Source: a virus (Duplodnaviria > Caudoviricetes). From it: 64,000 nt of DNA. The DNA is taken from positions 32,001 through 96,000 of IMG/VR virus record IMGVR_UViG_3300028886_000028; one strand, given 5' to 3'. The translations under genes were made by a program, and so were the position numbers. The first letter of the stretch is position 1. Each line of letters starts with the position of its first letter. Below are positions 9,766 to 20,318 of this stretch, in pieces. The notes under the pieces are model-generated. The model worked only from the letters and a program-made list of their open reading frames with translations. It did no database searches and was not told the DNA's origin.

Positions 9766-11313
9766 ATGACTAAAAACGTTAATCATGTTTCTCATAAGAA
9801 AAGTAAAGTTAAAAATAATGGCAAGCCTCAATTACCATTGGCTTCTGCATTGACAGAAGGAGAAATTGCTATTAACTATGCTGAAAATGTCGAAACATTA
9901 TCTATTAAAAACGAAAGTGGAAACGTTGTCACGTTTTCATCAGATGATTATTATTCTGAGCAAAAACTTGGAAGCATGTTTATAGGCGCAAATAGCGCTA
10001 AAACCGTAACACAAGCAATAACTTTGCTTGATGAAAATAAGTTAGAAATTAGTTCATTTAGCAGTCACACTGCTGATACTACTGTTCACCTTACGTCAAC
10101 TGATAAGGCTAATATCGAGTCATTAACGACAAATATTGCCTCTATTAGCGCTATTTCTTCAAGTGATGTGACAAATTGGAATACTGCATATAGTAATAGT
10201 CATAGCCATAGTAATAAATCAGTTTTAGATGATATTACATCTACCAAAACAAGCAATTGGGACACTGCATATGGTAATAGTCATACTCATTCAAATATGA
10301 GTGCGTTAAATGATATTACGGCTGAAAGCGTTGCAATTCTCACAGGCTTAACCGGGAACGTAGGTTCAATGGCATATGAAGATAAAACATCGTATTCTAG
10401 TGCAACAGAAGTGTCTGGCGCCATTAATTCACACGCCACCAACACTGCACTGCATTTTAGCGGAAGCGAAAAGGCTAATCTTGATTCTTTGGCAACAAAT
10501 ATTGCTGCAATTAGTGGCGTAACATCTACTAAAGTAAATAATTGGGATGGTGCCGCAACAAATAGCCATACTCATAGCAATAAATCAGTTTTAGATAGTA
10601 TTACGTCAGAGAAAGTAAGTGGATGGGATAGCGCTTCAACAAATAGCCATACTCATAGTAATAAAACTTATTTAGACTCTGTATCAGGCACTATTGGCAC
10701 TATGGCTTATGAAAACGCAAGTTCTTATTCTAGTGCGACACAAGTTAATACCGCATTAACAGGAAAAGCAGATAATGCTTCATTTACTGCTCACACTGCT
10801 GATACTACTGTTCATCTTACATCAACAGAAAAAACTAATATTGATTCTTTGGCAACAAATATTGCTACCATTAGCGGCATTTCTTCAAACAATGTAAATA
10901 GTTGGAATAGTGCAGTCACAAGTAGCCATACACATGCAAATAAATCAGCATTAGATGCTATAACAGGTAATGTTGGCACTATGGCTTATGAAAGCACAAG
11001 CTCATATTCTAGCGCAACACAAGTTAATACTGCGTTAAGTAGTAAGTTAGACTATTCAATGTTTGTTATTAGCCGTGTAACTGTAAATGGAAATATTTCA
11101 TCAAGTTGTAGTATAACAGGAAGTAGTAATAGTGGTAGAAATGAGACTATTATTTATAATAATTCATCTACTACTACTGATAGAACTGTTACTATTCCGA
11201 CAACATATAAAACTCCTGATGGGGCTGCTATAGAATTAACATGCCCTGCCGGTGGTTATTGTGAGGTTAACTATTTAAATATTGATGGAACAATATACGC
11301 AAGAGGTTTATAA
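9766..11313 (+). CDS. Tail fibre protein with HxHxNK repeats
   Basis: N-terminal P..LTEGEIAINY domain, several W..A..SHTHSNK repeats (His-x-His, as in metal-binding trimeric fibres), Ser/Thr-rich. Confidence 0.65.
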   Translation: MTKNVNHVSHKKSKVKNNGKPQLPLASALTEGEIAINYAENVETLSIKNESGNVVTFSSDDYYSEQKLGSMFIGANSAKTVTQAITLLDENKLEISSFSSHTADTTVHLTSTDKANIESLTTNIASISAISSSDVTNWNTAYSNSHSHSNKSVLDDITSTKTSNWDTAYGNSHTHSNMSALNDITAESVAILTGLTGNVGSMAYEDKTSYSSATEVSGAINSHATNTALHFSGSEKANLDSLATNIAAISGVTSTKVNNWDGAATNSHTHSNKSVLDSITSEKVSGWDSASTNSHTHSNKTYLDSVSGTIGTMAYENASSYSSATQVNTALTGKADNASFTAHTADTTVHLTSTEKTNIDSLATNIATISGISSNNVNSWNSAVTSSHTHANKSALDAITGNVGTMAYESTSSYSSATQVNTALSSKLDYSMFVISRVTVNGNISSSCSITGSSNSGRNETIIYNNSSTTTDRTVTIPTTYKTPDGAAIELTCPAGGYCEVNYLNIDGTIYARGL

Positions 11314-11333
11314 TTTTTATTAAAAGATAGATT

Positions 11334-11924
11334 ATGGAAAAATACGTTTATATAAAGAAAAGTATAGCAAAGCATTTCGTTGACTTTGCAGAGCCTCTTA
11401 AAGCCGAGGAGTATAATAACCTCGGAGAGACTTATGAAGATTATGAGGAAAACAAATGGGTATTGCTCAGTGATGAACAAGTTGAGTTCTATGAGAATCA
11501 CCTTAATGCTTCACCTAAAGAGGTATGGGAAATGCAGATTTATGTTCCTGTGAAAACGTTGGAACAAGCTAAACAAGAGAAGATATTGGAGATTGATGAA
11601 TATGACCATAGCGATGCCGTAAATTCTTTCAGCGTCAACGGTAAGGAAATGTGGATTGATGCACAGATACGTCAACAACTTAGGATTAGCCTCGATGCTT
11701 GTAGGGATATGGGTAGGGAGACAGTTACTAAATGGTTTGATGGCATTGAGTATATTTATCCTATTAATCAATGGTATCAGATGCTTGCTGCTGTTGAAGT
11801 ATATGCAAGTGATGCTTTGAATGTTACAGAGTCTCATAAGGCTGCTGTCAATGCTCTAGAGACCATAGAGGCTGTGGAGAACTATGACTATACAAATAAT
11901 TATCCGGCTAAACTTGCATTCTAA
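11334..11924 (+). CDS. DUF4376-like tail fibre assembly/chaperone protein
   Basis: LEQAKQEKILEIDEYD..VNSF..MWID..YASDALNVTESHKAAV..YDY..YP pattern; lies directly after a fibre gene. Confidence 0.6.
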   Translation: MEKYVYIKKSIAKHFVDFAEPLKAEEYNNLGETYEDYEENKWVLLSDEQVEFYENHLNASPKEVWEMQIYVPVKTLEQAKQEKILEIDEYDHSDAVNSFSVNGKEMWIDAQIRQQLRISLDACRDMGRETVTKWFDGIEYIYPINQWYQMLAAVEVYASDALNVTESHKAAVNALETIEAVENYDYTNNYPAKLAF

Positions 11925-11979
11925 TTATGCTAAGAAGAAGGGTAATAATGAAGAAATGAACAATAAAAAACAATAAACA

Positions 11980-12450
11980 ATGTATATATCTTGTTTAATA
12001 GGATTTTTAATAATCTTATTATATTGTATTATTATAATAACTAAAGATAAGGAAATTCCAAATTCAATTTCTCAAATGGTATATTCGCTTGAAGAGAAAA
12101 TGAAATGGACATTTACTATGGTAATGATGATTGTAGGGTTTATGATTGTTCCACAATTGATGGAGGTCATAAACTCCAATTATGAATTTCTTGGTTTTTT
12201 AACTGTTCTTGGTATATTTGGAGTGGGCGCTGACCCACTGGTAAAAGGAGAAAAAAATATAGTACATTATGTGTCGGCAGCAATAATGGGAATTTCATCA
12301 CAAATTATTGTTCTAATGAATATGCCAAATTTAATGTATATGTGGATTCCTTATGTAATGTATACATTATATGAGAAAAAATCAGATAAAAACATGTTTT
12401 TTGCTGAAATAATAATGCTTATTTCATTGGGCATTGTTTGTTTAATTTAG
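11980..12450 (+). CDS. Multi-pass membrane protein
   Basis: About five hydrophobic segments; IPNSIS and HYVSA motifs. Confidence 0.6.
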   Translation: MYISCLIGFLIILLYCIIIITKDKEIPNSISQMVYSLEEKMKWTFTMVMMIVGFMIVPQLMEVINSNYEFLGFLTVLGIFGVGADPLVKGEKNIVHYVSAAIMGISSQIIVLMNMPNLMYMWIPYVMYTLYEKKSDKNMFFAEIIMLISLGIVCLI

Positions 12451-12458
12451 TACATAAA

Positions 12459-13901
12459 ATGATTAGAAGAAGACGATTATTAGAAGCGAAGAAAGAAATG
12501 GCATTAAAATGCACTTTTAACCTACCATCCAATCAAATTAGCAATATAAAAATAATGGGTGTTAGTGAGCCATCAAGTGTGGTGGAAAAAATGAGAGTTG
12601 ATGGCGTTTTTAAAACGCCAAGCAATTATTGTGATTTTTCAGGAGGTGGGTATCATGTTGTTGAATATACGTTAATAAATCCGTCTATATTGAGTGAAAG
12701 TTTTTTTGAAAAATGCGAAAAACTTATATATGTTGAAATGCCTGAAACAATTGAAAGCATCGAATCGTATGCCTTTAGCGGATGCACAGGCTTAACTAGA
12801 GTGAATAGCAATACTAATGGAGTATGTAATATACCAAGTGACGTAACAAGCATAGGTATAAATGCTTTCTATAATTGTAAAACACTTTCAAGAATAAATA
12901 TACCAAGTGGCGTAACAAGTATTGGTAGTGGGGCTTTCAATAGTTGTAGCGGGCTTACAAGTATAAATATTCCAAGTGGAGTTACAAGTATTGGACAAAA
13001 TACTTTCGAAAGATGTAGAAAACTTCCAAGTATTATTATACCTGATAGCATAACAAGTATTGGGGCCAGCGCCTTCACTTATTGTAGTGGCCTTACGAGT
13101 ATAAACATACCTAATAGTGTGAGAAGTATTGGTAATTATGCTTTCAGTGCATGTACTAAACTTACGAGCTGTACAATAGGTAGTGGGCTAACAAGCATTA
13201 ATAGTGGAGTTTTTGGCAATTGTAGTAGTCTTACAAGTATAGGACCGGTTGGAAGTGGGGCATCAGTAAAAATTCCAAGCGGCGTAACAAACATTGGCTA
13301 TGAAAGTTTCAGATATTGCTATGGCCTTACAAACGTAATTATCCCTGATAATGTAAGAACTATTGGTAATTATGCTTTCGATAGTTGTTCTAATATGACA
13401 AGTTGTACAATAGGTAGTGGAGTTACAAGTATTGGACGTTATGTTTTTGCTAAATGTATTAACCTTCCAAGTATAGTTATACCTGATAGTGTAACAATTA
13501 TTGATAACTATGCTTTTTCTAATTGTAGCGGTCTTACGAGTATAGATATACCAGATAGTGTAACAAAAATTAATGAAAGGGTTTTCGAATATTGCTATGG
13601 TATTACAAGCTGTACAATAGGAAATGGAGTTACAAGTATTGGCCAAAGTGCTTTTTATGAATGCCACGGTATTAAAAATTTAACATTAGGTAGCGCAGTT
13701 AGAAGCCTTAATTTTAAAACTTTTTATTATTGCAGTAGCCTTAGTAGTATAACTTCAAATGCAATAACTGCTCCTTCAATACAAGATGATACGTTTCGAT
13801 ATGTTAAAAACAATGGTACATTATACGTTCCAATAGGTAGTAGTGGTTATGATGTATGGATTAGCAAGTTAGGCAGTGTATGGACAAAAGTAGAGCAATA
13901 A
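12459..13901 (+). CDS. BspA-type leucine-rich repeat (LRR_5) protein, paralogue 1
   Basis: 23-aa IPxxVTSIGxxAFxxCxxLTS repeats; start at MIRRRRLL. Confidence 0.85.
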   Translation: MIRRRRLLEAKKEMALKCTFNLPSNQISNIKIMGVSEPSSVVEKMRVDGVFKTPSNYCDFSGGGYHVVEYTLINPSILSESFFEKCEKLIYVEMPETIESIESYAFSGCTGLTRVNSNTNGVCNIPSDVTSIGINAFYNCKTLSRINIPSGVTSIGSGAFNSCSGLTSINIPSGVTSIGQNTFERCRKLPSIIIPDSITSIGASAFTYCSGLTSINIPNSVRSIGNYAFSACTKLTSCTIGSGLTSINSGVFGNCSSLTSIGPVGSGASVKIPSGVTNIGYESFRYCYGLTNVIIPDNVRTIGNYAFDSCSNMTSCTIGSGVTSIGRYVFAKCINLPSIVIPDSVTIIDNYAFSNCSGLTSIDIPDSVTKINERVFEYCYGITSCTIGNGVTSIGQSAFYECHGIKNLTLGSAVRSLNFKTFYYCSSLSSITSNAITAPSIQDDTFRYVKNNGTLYVPIGSSGYDVWISKLGSVWTKVEQ

Positions 13902-13921
13902 AATATGAAATTAATAATGAA

Positions 13922-15328
13922 ATGATTAGAAGAAGACGATTGTTATCCCCGGCTAAAAAAACTGTATTAATAGGAACTTTTAATATAATAAACACCGGCG
14001 CCACTAAAATAATAGGTTATGGAATTCCATCAAGTGTAGTGAAAAAAATGAAAGTTGATGGGGTTTCTGAAAAGCCTTCAAATAGATATTCTTTTACTTC
14101 AACTGGAGACCATGTTATTGAATATACATTAGTAGATTCATCTTATATACCGGGAAATTTTTTTGAAAGTTGTTCGGCTCTTACAAGTGTTGAAATGCCT
14201 GAAACTATAAAAAATATCGAATGGTATGCTTTTAGCGGTTGTACAAGGTTAACTAAAGTGAATAGTAATATTAATGGAGTATGTAATATTCCAAGTGGTG
14301 TTACAACTATTGGCGAAAATACATTCATTAAATGTAGTAGCCTCACAAGCTGCACAATAAATAGTGGCGATATTGGAAATAATGCATTTTCTGGCTGTAG
14401 TAACCTTAAAAGTTGTACTTTTAATAGTGGCGTTACTAGTATTGGCGATGGTGCTTTCAGAGCTTGTAGTGGCCTTACAAGTATAGATGTTCCTGATAGT
14501 GTAACAAGTATTGGTAACTATGCTTTCTATTATTGTAGAAGTATTACAAGTTGCACCATAGGTAGTGGTGTAACAAGTATTGGCGAATATGCTTTCTATA
14601 ATTGTGGAAGCCTTACAAGTTGTACAATAGGTGGTGGCCTTACAACTATAGGTAATAGTGCTTTTTCTAATTGTAGCGGCCTTACAAATATAGTCATGTC
14701 AAGTGGTGTTACAAGTATTGGTAACTTTGCTTTCCAGAGTTGTAATGCACTTACAAGTGTAACTATACCAGATACTGTTACAAGTATTGGTTATTATGTT
14801 TTCGCTTATTGTAAAAGCCTTACAAGCTGTACAATAGGTAGTGGCGTAACAAGTATTGGCGAACATACTTTCTATGGTTGTAGTGGCCTTACAAGTATAG
14901 ATATTCCTGATAGTGTTACAAGTATTGGTAACTATGCTTTCAGTAATTGTAAAGGTCTTACAAGTTGTACAATAGGTAGTGGTGTAACAAGTATTGGTAA
15001 TTATTCTTTCGAAGCTTGTAATGGTCTTACAAGTATAGATATTCCTGATAGTGTAACAAGTATTGGTACTTATACTTTCTTTTATTGTAATGGCCTTACA
15101 AGTTGTACCATAGGTAGCGGTGTTACAAGTATTGGAAATTCTGCTTTTTATGGGTGTAGAGGCCTTATAAATATATTATCTAACGCAACAACAGCTCCTA
15201 CAATACAAAGTAATACATTCTACTTAATCGCAGAAAATGGTACATTGTATGTTCCTATAGGTAGTAGCGGCTATGACACTTGGATGCAGAGATTAGGAAA
15301 TTATAGCTGGACAAAAGTAGAGCAATAG
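13922..15328 (+). CDS. BspA-type leucine-rich repeat (LRR_5) protein, paralogue 2
   Basis: Same architecture, same MIRRRRLL start and same WTKVEQ end as paralogue 1. Confidence 0.85.
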   Translation: MIRRRRLLSPAKKTVLIGTFNIINTGATKIIGYGIPSSVVKKMKVDGVSEKPSNRYSFTSTGDHVIEYTLVDSSYIPGNFFESCSALTSVEMPETIKNIEWYAFSGCTRLTKVNSNINGVCNIPSGVTTIGENTFIKCSSLTSCTINSGDIGNNAFSGCSNLKSCTFNSGVTSIGDGAFRACSGLTSIDVPDSVTSIGNYAFYYCRSITSCTIGSGVTSIGEYAFYNCGSLTSCTIGGGLTTIGNSAFSNCSGLTNIVMSSGVTSIGNFAFQSCNALTSVTIPDTVTSIGYYVFAYCKSLTSCTIGSGVTSIGEHTFYGCSGLTSIDIPDSVTSIGNYAFSNCKGLTSCTIGSGVTSIGNYSFEACNGLTSIDIPDSVTSIGTYTFFYCNGLTSCTIGSGVTSIGNSAFYGCRGLINILSNATTAPTIQSNTFYLIAENGTLYVPIGSSGYDTWMQRLGNYSWTKVEQ

Positions 15329-15429
15329 TGCTAAAAAAAAATCAATTAAATAGAAATTTATAAAACATTTAAGATATTTATTATAAAAGTATAATAAAGA
15401 AAATAAATAATTTTTAAAATATTTTAATT

Positions 15430-17157
15430 ATGGCAAACGCTAGAAACATAAGACTTTTACGTAATGGTGATTTGTATGCATCAGCTAATGCTGCAAGAAA
15501 TGCATTAAATAACCAAACAATAACATTAGAGCAAGATGGTACTATCATATTGGCTCGTTATGGCTCTTCAGGTACTCCTGAAGAAGTTAAAACACTTGCA
15601 GGTTTTGTCTTTTCAAATGTCAATGGGCATTCATTAACGATATTTGACGTCGATGGCTCTGGAGCTGACGTGGATGAAAAAATTCAAGATGTTTATGATA
15701 CAATAGGCAATGAATTTAACAGTGGGCATACAGTAGCAGATGCTATTGATGAAATTAATGAAATTTTAGGCGAAGGTTTTAATACCGGAAATACTGTTAC
15801 TGATGCAATAGACGAAATCAATGGTGCTATTGATGAGATTAATGATAAATTAGGCGATGGATTCGACAGTGCAAATACAGTAGCAGATGCTATTAACGAT
15901 ATTAATGATGCTTTAGGCGAAGGTTTTGATGCTGAAAACACTGTTGCTGATGCTATTGATGAATTGAAAGGCAATACTGCAAGCACAAGCGCAGATACTT
16001 CTATAGAAGGTGCTAAAAAGTATGCTGACGAAAAAGATAATGAACTTGAAGAAAAATTAAAGGGTAATACTGCAAGTACCGGTAGTGAAGAGTCAATAGC
16101 AGGTGCTAAGGCATATACTGATGAAAAGATTAGCGGTTTGTCAGCAACTTCTGTTTCTGCTGATGGCAAAGTTATTATTAATATAACTCAGAACAATGGT
16201 AAAATTAGCGCAACAACTGGTGATATTACAGATATAAAGCTTAACAGTTATTCTAAAGATTCTTCAACTGGCGCAATTACGTCAGCCGATACCATTAATT
16301 CCGCATTATCAAAAATTGAAAACAGCATTAATGCTGCTGCTGACATTAAAATTGAAAAGGTTACTACTGGTCTTCCTGAAACAATTAAGGAAAGCTATAA
16401 ATTGCTTGCAAGTGATAATTCACAACTTGGTGATAGCATTGATATTCCAAAGGACAGCCATATTGTAAGTATAAATTATATCACAACAGGAGAACATGCG
16501 CAAAACCTTGAATATGTATATGTTGATGTATCAGGTAATTCTCAAACTACATATGTAGATATGTCAGAACTTGTTCTTGAAACAGAGTTTGCAAGTGGTA
16601 TAACAGTTACTAACCATATCGCTCATGGTAAAGTTGACACAACTTCTGAGAAAGATAGTAACAATGCAGATTTCTTAACCGTAGGAGCAGATGGATTTAA
16701 AGTAAATGGAATTAAGGCTGAAATTGATGCAAAAATTAATCCTTTAAGTGGTAAAACAGTAACTGAGATTATTTCTTCTAATTCAAGTATTAGTGCAGCA
16801 TCAACATCGGCAACTGATGGTACTGTTAAGTATGATGTCGTGACAGACGCATCTAAGATTAAGATGGCAGGCTTCACGGCAGATACAAGTGGCTTTACTG
16901 GTATTACCACAGCAACATCTGTTTCTGATGCAGTAAAGGAAATTGAAACATCTATTATAAATAATGAACAAGTTGTATCTTCTTCATTAAATGACCTTAA
17001 TACAAGAGTGTTGGCTGCTAAGTCTGAAGTTACGTCTAGTAATGATGCAGCAGCTAGTGGAGAAACAGCAGCTATAGTTGTTACAGAGGAAACAGGAAGT
17101 GATGGCCAAACAATTTATACTTTACAGTTAGGAACAATTGATTGTGGAACGTATTAA
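15430..17157 (+). CDS. Fibre/structural protein with GxGFxxxxTVADAIDEIN repeats
   Basis: Tandem acidic repeats, SIxGAKxYxD motifs, IINNEQVVSSSLNDL shared with the first gene, C-terminal IDCGTY. Confidence 0.6.
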   Translation: MANARNIRLLRNGDLYASANAARNALNNQTITLEQDGTIILARYGSSGTPEEVKTLAGFVFSNVNGHSLTIFDVDGSGADVDEKIQDVYDTIGNEFNSGHTVADAIDEINEILGEGFNTGNTVTDAIDEINGAIDEINDKLGDGFDSANTVADAINDINDALGEGFDAENTVADAIDELKGNTASTSADTSIEGAKKYADEKDNELEEKLKGNTASTGSEESIAGAKAYTDEKISGLSATSVSADGKVIINITQNNGKISATTGDITDIKLNSYSKDSSTGAITSADTINSALSKIENSINAAADIKIEKVTTGLPETIKESYKLLASDNSQLGDSIDIPKDSHIVSINYITTGEHAQNLEYVYVDVSGNSQTTYVDMSELVLETEFASGITVTNHIAHGKVDTTSEKDSNNADFLTVGADGFKVNGIKAEIDAKINPLSGKTVTEIISSNSSISAASTSATDGTVKYDVVTDASKIKMAGFTADTSGFTGITTATSVSDAVKEIETSIINNEQVVSSSLNDLNTRVLAAKSEVTSSNDAAASGETAAIVVTEETGSDGQTIYTLQLGTIDCGTY

Positions 17158-17160
17158 CAT

Positions 17161-17191
17161 AAAAAGCCCTATTTTAACAATAGGGCTTTTT
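17161..17191. terminator. Bidirectional terminator between convergent genes
   Basis: aaaaagccctatt..aatagggcttttt. Confidence 0.85.
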
Positions 17192-17228
17192 CATGAGAAT
17201 AAATTTAAAATTATTTAAAACTGAGTGT

Positions 17229-18425
17229 TTATTTGTTTACAGAATTATATGTATTTTGCGAAACAACAACAACTTGTGCTTCTTTTAAATCATCAAGCGT
17301 TCTTGAATTTGTATAACTCATTGCTGATTTAAGATAATCTGTCATATTTTCAGTCCATGTTTTCATTGTATAGGTGACTGGCAATGTTTTTTCTATTCCT
17401 TCGCTTGTATGCACTTTCTTGCCTTTCATTGCTATTTGTCCAGCTTTTGAAGCCATACCGTAAAATTTTGCTTCTATGCCGCCTATCACCTTATTCTTTT
17501 TTTCAATGTTGCGACCGTCTTTTTTCATTTTTTCAACAAAATCATCTGTGTAATCCCCATACCAACAATTATTTTCAAATTTTAAATTTTCGTATCTTTC
17601 AATTGGAAATCTTAATTGTAATTTTTTCCCAGTTGAACTATCTTTATCCATTATCTTCATGGCGGCAGATTCTAACATTTTTGAAAATACACTTCCAATC
17701 ATAACATAGTCGGCCCCTAACGCAATGGCTTTAATTACATCTGAATAATTTCTAATTCCACCATCTGCAACTATTTTCGTTAATTTATTTTTATCAACTC
17801 CACGTTCTATAAATTCTTTTTTAATAGCGGCTATTTCTGATATGAGAGAAGCAATAGGATAGCCAACTGATGTGTTACTAGAAGTTATGCAGCCGGCCCC
17901 TGTACCTATAGAGCATCTAACATAATCAACCTTGCTTTCAACGCATACTCTGTATGTTTCAGGGTTTGCTATATTTCCAACCATTACTTGAATTTTATCT
18001 CCATATATTTCTTTAGATTTCCTTACTAAATCGTAAAGTCTAGCAACGTGGCCATTTGCAATATCTATAAGAGCCTTAATATTATCAGCCGTTACTATTT
18101 TCCCTTTTGTAAATTCTTCTTCAAATTCTTGTAATGAAAATGCTGCCCAATATCCATCACAAGAATAATTAATTCTATGCTCAAGAGATTCTGTTCTAGG
18201 CAATATTGGAGTTATTTTATTTTCTATGAATTTAGAAAAATTTTCAATGTTAACAACGCTATCCATTGGGGCTGTAAATAATGGCAGCATTCCATTTTCG
18301 TTATAAGGGTTGCATTCTGCTCTATGTTCTATTGTTGATAGCATTGCAGGTTTTACCATTATATCATTATAACTGTATTTCATTGCAGCGTTCGTCAATT
18401 TTCCCATAATCAATTCCATTTTCAC
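17229..18425 (-). CDS. IMP dehydrogenase / GMP reductase family enzyme (no CBS domains)
   Basis: APMDSV, DIANGH, VGNIA, IGTGAGCITS (catalytic Cys loop), ADGGI, GADYVMIGS, FYGMAS..SEG. The true start may be 18407. Confidence 0.85.
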   Translation of the reverse strand: MKMELIMGKLTNAAMKYSYNDIMVKPAMLSTIEHRAECNPYNENGMLPLFTAPMDSVVNIENFSKFIENKITPILPRTESLEHRINYSCDGYWAAFSLQEFEEEFTKGKIVTADNIKALIDIANGHVARLYDLVRKSKEIYGDKIQVMVGNIANPETYRVCVESKVDYVRCSIGTGAGCITSSNTSVGYPIASLISEIAAIKKEFIERGVDKNKLTKIVADGGIRNYSDVIKAIALGADYVMIGSVFSKMLESAAMKIMDKDSSTGKKLQLRFPIERYENLKFENNCWYGDYTDDFVEKMKKDGRNIEKKNKVIGGIEAKFYGMASKAGQIAMKGKKVHTSEGIEKTLPVTYTMKTWTENMTDYLKSAMSYTNSRTLDDLKEAQVVVVSQNTYNSVNK

Positions 18426-18915
18426 TTTTATAAAAAATGTTTTTTACAATATCTTTTCCTTCAATTTTATGTATGCTAAATATTGTCCTGTCAAATTCTG
18501 TCATGTAATTTACATCTTTAATATGAAAGATGTTTTTATTTATTTTAAGTATTCTCCCAACTCTTGTGGCGCAACAACAATCAGTAAATTCTACAATATC
18601 TCCAACACATACGTTATGCTGTAAAAAAAAATTTTCCTTTACAAATTCTTTCCATTTTTTGTTTAGTTTATAGAAATACTTTCTTTCTTTAGAATTATGG
18701 TCGCCAAGAAAAATAGCACTATGTTTGAATACTTCATAAAAAATCATTTCAATGCCATTTTGAAATACTGAATTACGCATGTCTATTATGTAAGGTGCTA
18801 TTAGCCTATTAATTTTTATATGATTTAACGAATTACGTTTTTTAATTTGGCATTTTAATGGCCAATAAATACCGTTATCTTTAAGAAATCTGTATAGTAA
18901 TTGTTCTAGTGTCAT
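18367..18915 (-). CDS. Hypothetical protein
   Basis: 182-aa ORF inside the minus-strand operon. Confidence 0.6.
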   Translation of the reverse strand: MTLEQLLYRFLKDNGIYWPLKCQIKKRNSLNHIKINRLIAPYIIDMRNSVFQNGIEMIFYEVFKHSAIFLGDHNSKERKYFYKLNKKWKEFVKENFFLQHNVCVGDIVEFTDCCCATRVGRILKINKNIFHIKDVNYMTEFDRTIFSIHKIEGKDIVKNIFYKSENGIDYGKIDERCNEIQL

Positions 18916-18919
18916 TTTG

Positions 18920-19690
18920 TCATTTTTTTAAATCAGTACTACCAAAAGCGCCGTCGCCTCTTTCTGTTTCTGATAGTTGTTCCCTTTCAGATAATTTAAC
19001 ATTAGGGTAAGGTAAAACTACCATTTGACCTATTTTTTCTCCTATTTTATATGGAGCAAATAGCATTGGGTTTTTAAAAACATAATTCCACGATTCAATG
19101 CTTTCTTTTTGTGCATTTTCTACTGATTTTCCTTCATTAATATAATTGAAAAATGAAATAGTTCTGCTTTCAAGTGCTACTTGCCTCAATGAAGTTCTAT
19201 TTTTATAACAAAAAATAATTTCTCCGCGATATATAGCAGAATCTGCTATACCAACATGATTGCAAAGGTACGCTTCAGTTTTTCTGTTAGAACTTCTTGG
19301 AAATAAAAATATTCCATAGTGCAAATCGCTTTCAAAAGCAAGTCCAGTGTGGTATAGATAGCAATCCATATCGGCATTATATTCAACATCAATTGCAGTA
19401 AAATCCATTCCAACGTCACCATTATGGGCGTATGTTGGCATTACTGCTCTTTCATCTAGTTTTTTGAATTTTATTTCCAATGGAGATAACCCTATTGCTT
19501 CTTTTGCAAATGTTATAAAATCTTTTCTGTCACTTATAATTTCCCTTTCTTCTCCGCTAGTTGTTGGAGTTATTTTTGTAATGATGTGCTTTGTTAGTTT
19601 TTCATCATCTTTTTTAGACTTATCTGATATTTCGTTTAAAAAATTGATTTTTTTAAAAATATCATTAATTTTAATACTTTCTTCCATCAT
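18920..19690 (-). CDS. dut: Trimeric dUTPase with N-terminal extension and an internal insertion
   Basis: GMDF, FPRSS, GIADSAIYRGEI, GEKIGQ and RGDGAFGST motifs. Confidence 0.9.
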   Translation of the reverse strand: MMEESIKINDIFKKINFLNEISDKSKKDDEKLTKHIITKITPTTSGEEREIISDRKDFITFAKEAIGLSPLEIKFKKLDERAVMPTYAHNGDVGMDFTAIDVEYNADMDCYLYHTGLAFESDLHYGIFLFPRSSNRKTEAYLCNHVGIADSAIYRGEIIFCYKNRTSLRQVALESRTISFFNYINEGKSVENAQKESIESWNYVFKNPMLFAPYKIGEKIGQMVVLPYPNVKLSEREQLSETERGDGAFGSTDLKK

Positions 19691-20256
19691 TAAGTAGTTT
19701 TTATTGTGTTATTTGCCTCAAGATAAACCATTTCATTTGCCTGCCTTATTATAGATGCCATTATGCTTGAATGCCATCTTGCCTGGTCATCACTCAAATC
19801 CCTATCATTTATCGTCATAGCTTCTGCTTCTTCTGCTGTAAATTGTATTCCACAGTTTGTTGCTATAATAAGTGAATGTAAACCGGTTCTGATAGATGGT
19901 TGTTTTTCAGAATATTTATAAATTATTCCTCTTTTTTCTATTTCCCATTCATTATCATTTTTTTCTAATCTTATCGCCTTTGCTATTTGGTGAAGTAGAC
20001 AAATTTTAACAAGAGAATTTTTATCAACCTGTAATTCTTTTGGTAGCATTTCGTTAATTTTAATCGCATATGGGGTTAATTTATATAACAAAGTATTTAT
20101 TAATGCCCCATCATACGCCAAGCCGCTTGTTGATAAATGACTAAACGGCGCATCGGCAATTTTTTCTCCAATTGTATCGGCTAAATTTGTTGTTTCAATT
20201 CCGATTTGATTTAACTTTTTCAAATAAAGTTCATAATTTTTTAATTTATCTGCCAT
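19690..20256 (-). CDS. YhaM-like HD-domain protein with degenerate metal-binding motifs
   Basis: AP..AYDGAL..LLHQIAK corresponds to the APA..HAY.GGL.H..LLHDxGK pattern. Confidence 0.55.
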   Translation of the reverse strand: MADKLKNYELYLKKLNQIGIETTNLADTIGEKIADAPFSHLSTSGLAYDGALINTLLYKLTPYAIKINEMLPKELQVDKNSLVKICLLHQIAKAIRLEKNDNEWEIEKRGIIYKYSEKQPSIRTGLHSLIIATNCGIQFTAEEAEAMTINDRDLSDDQARWHSSIMASIIRQANEMVYLEANNTIKTT

Positions 20257-20286
20257 AATTATATGTTTTTTAAAAATGAATTCTAT

Positions 20287-20318
20287 TGCAAATATACAAA
20301 AAATTGTTAAAAAACAAA
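20287..20318 (-). promoter_or_regulatory. Bacteroidota-type housekeeping promoter (TTTG..TATATTTGCA)
   Basis: Minus strand reads TTTG-N18-TATATTTG upstream of the HD/dUTPase/IMPDH-like operon. Confidence 0.65.
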
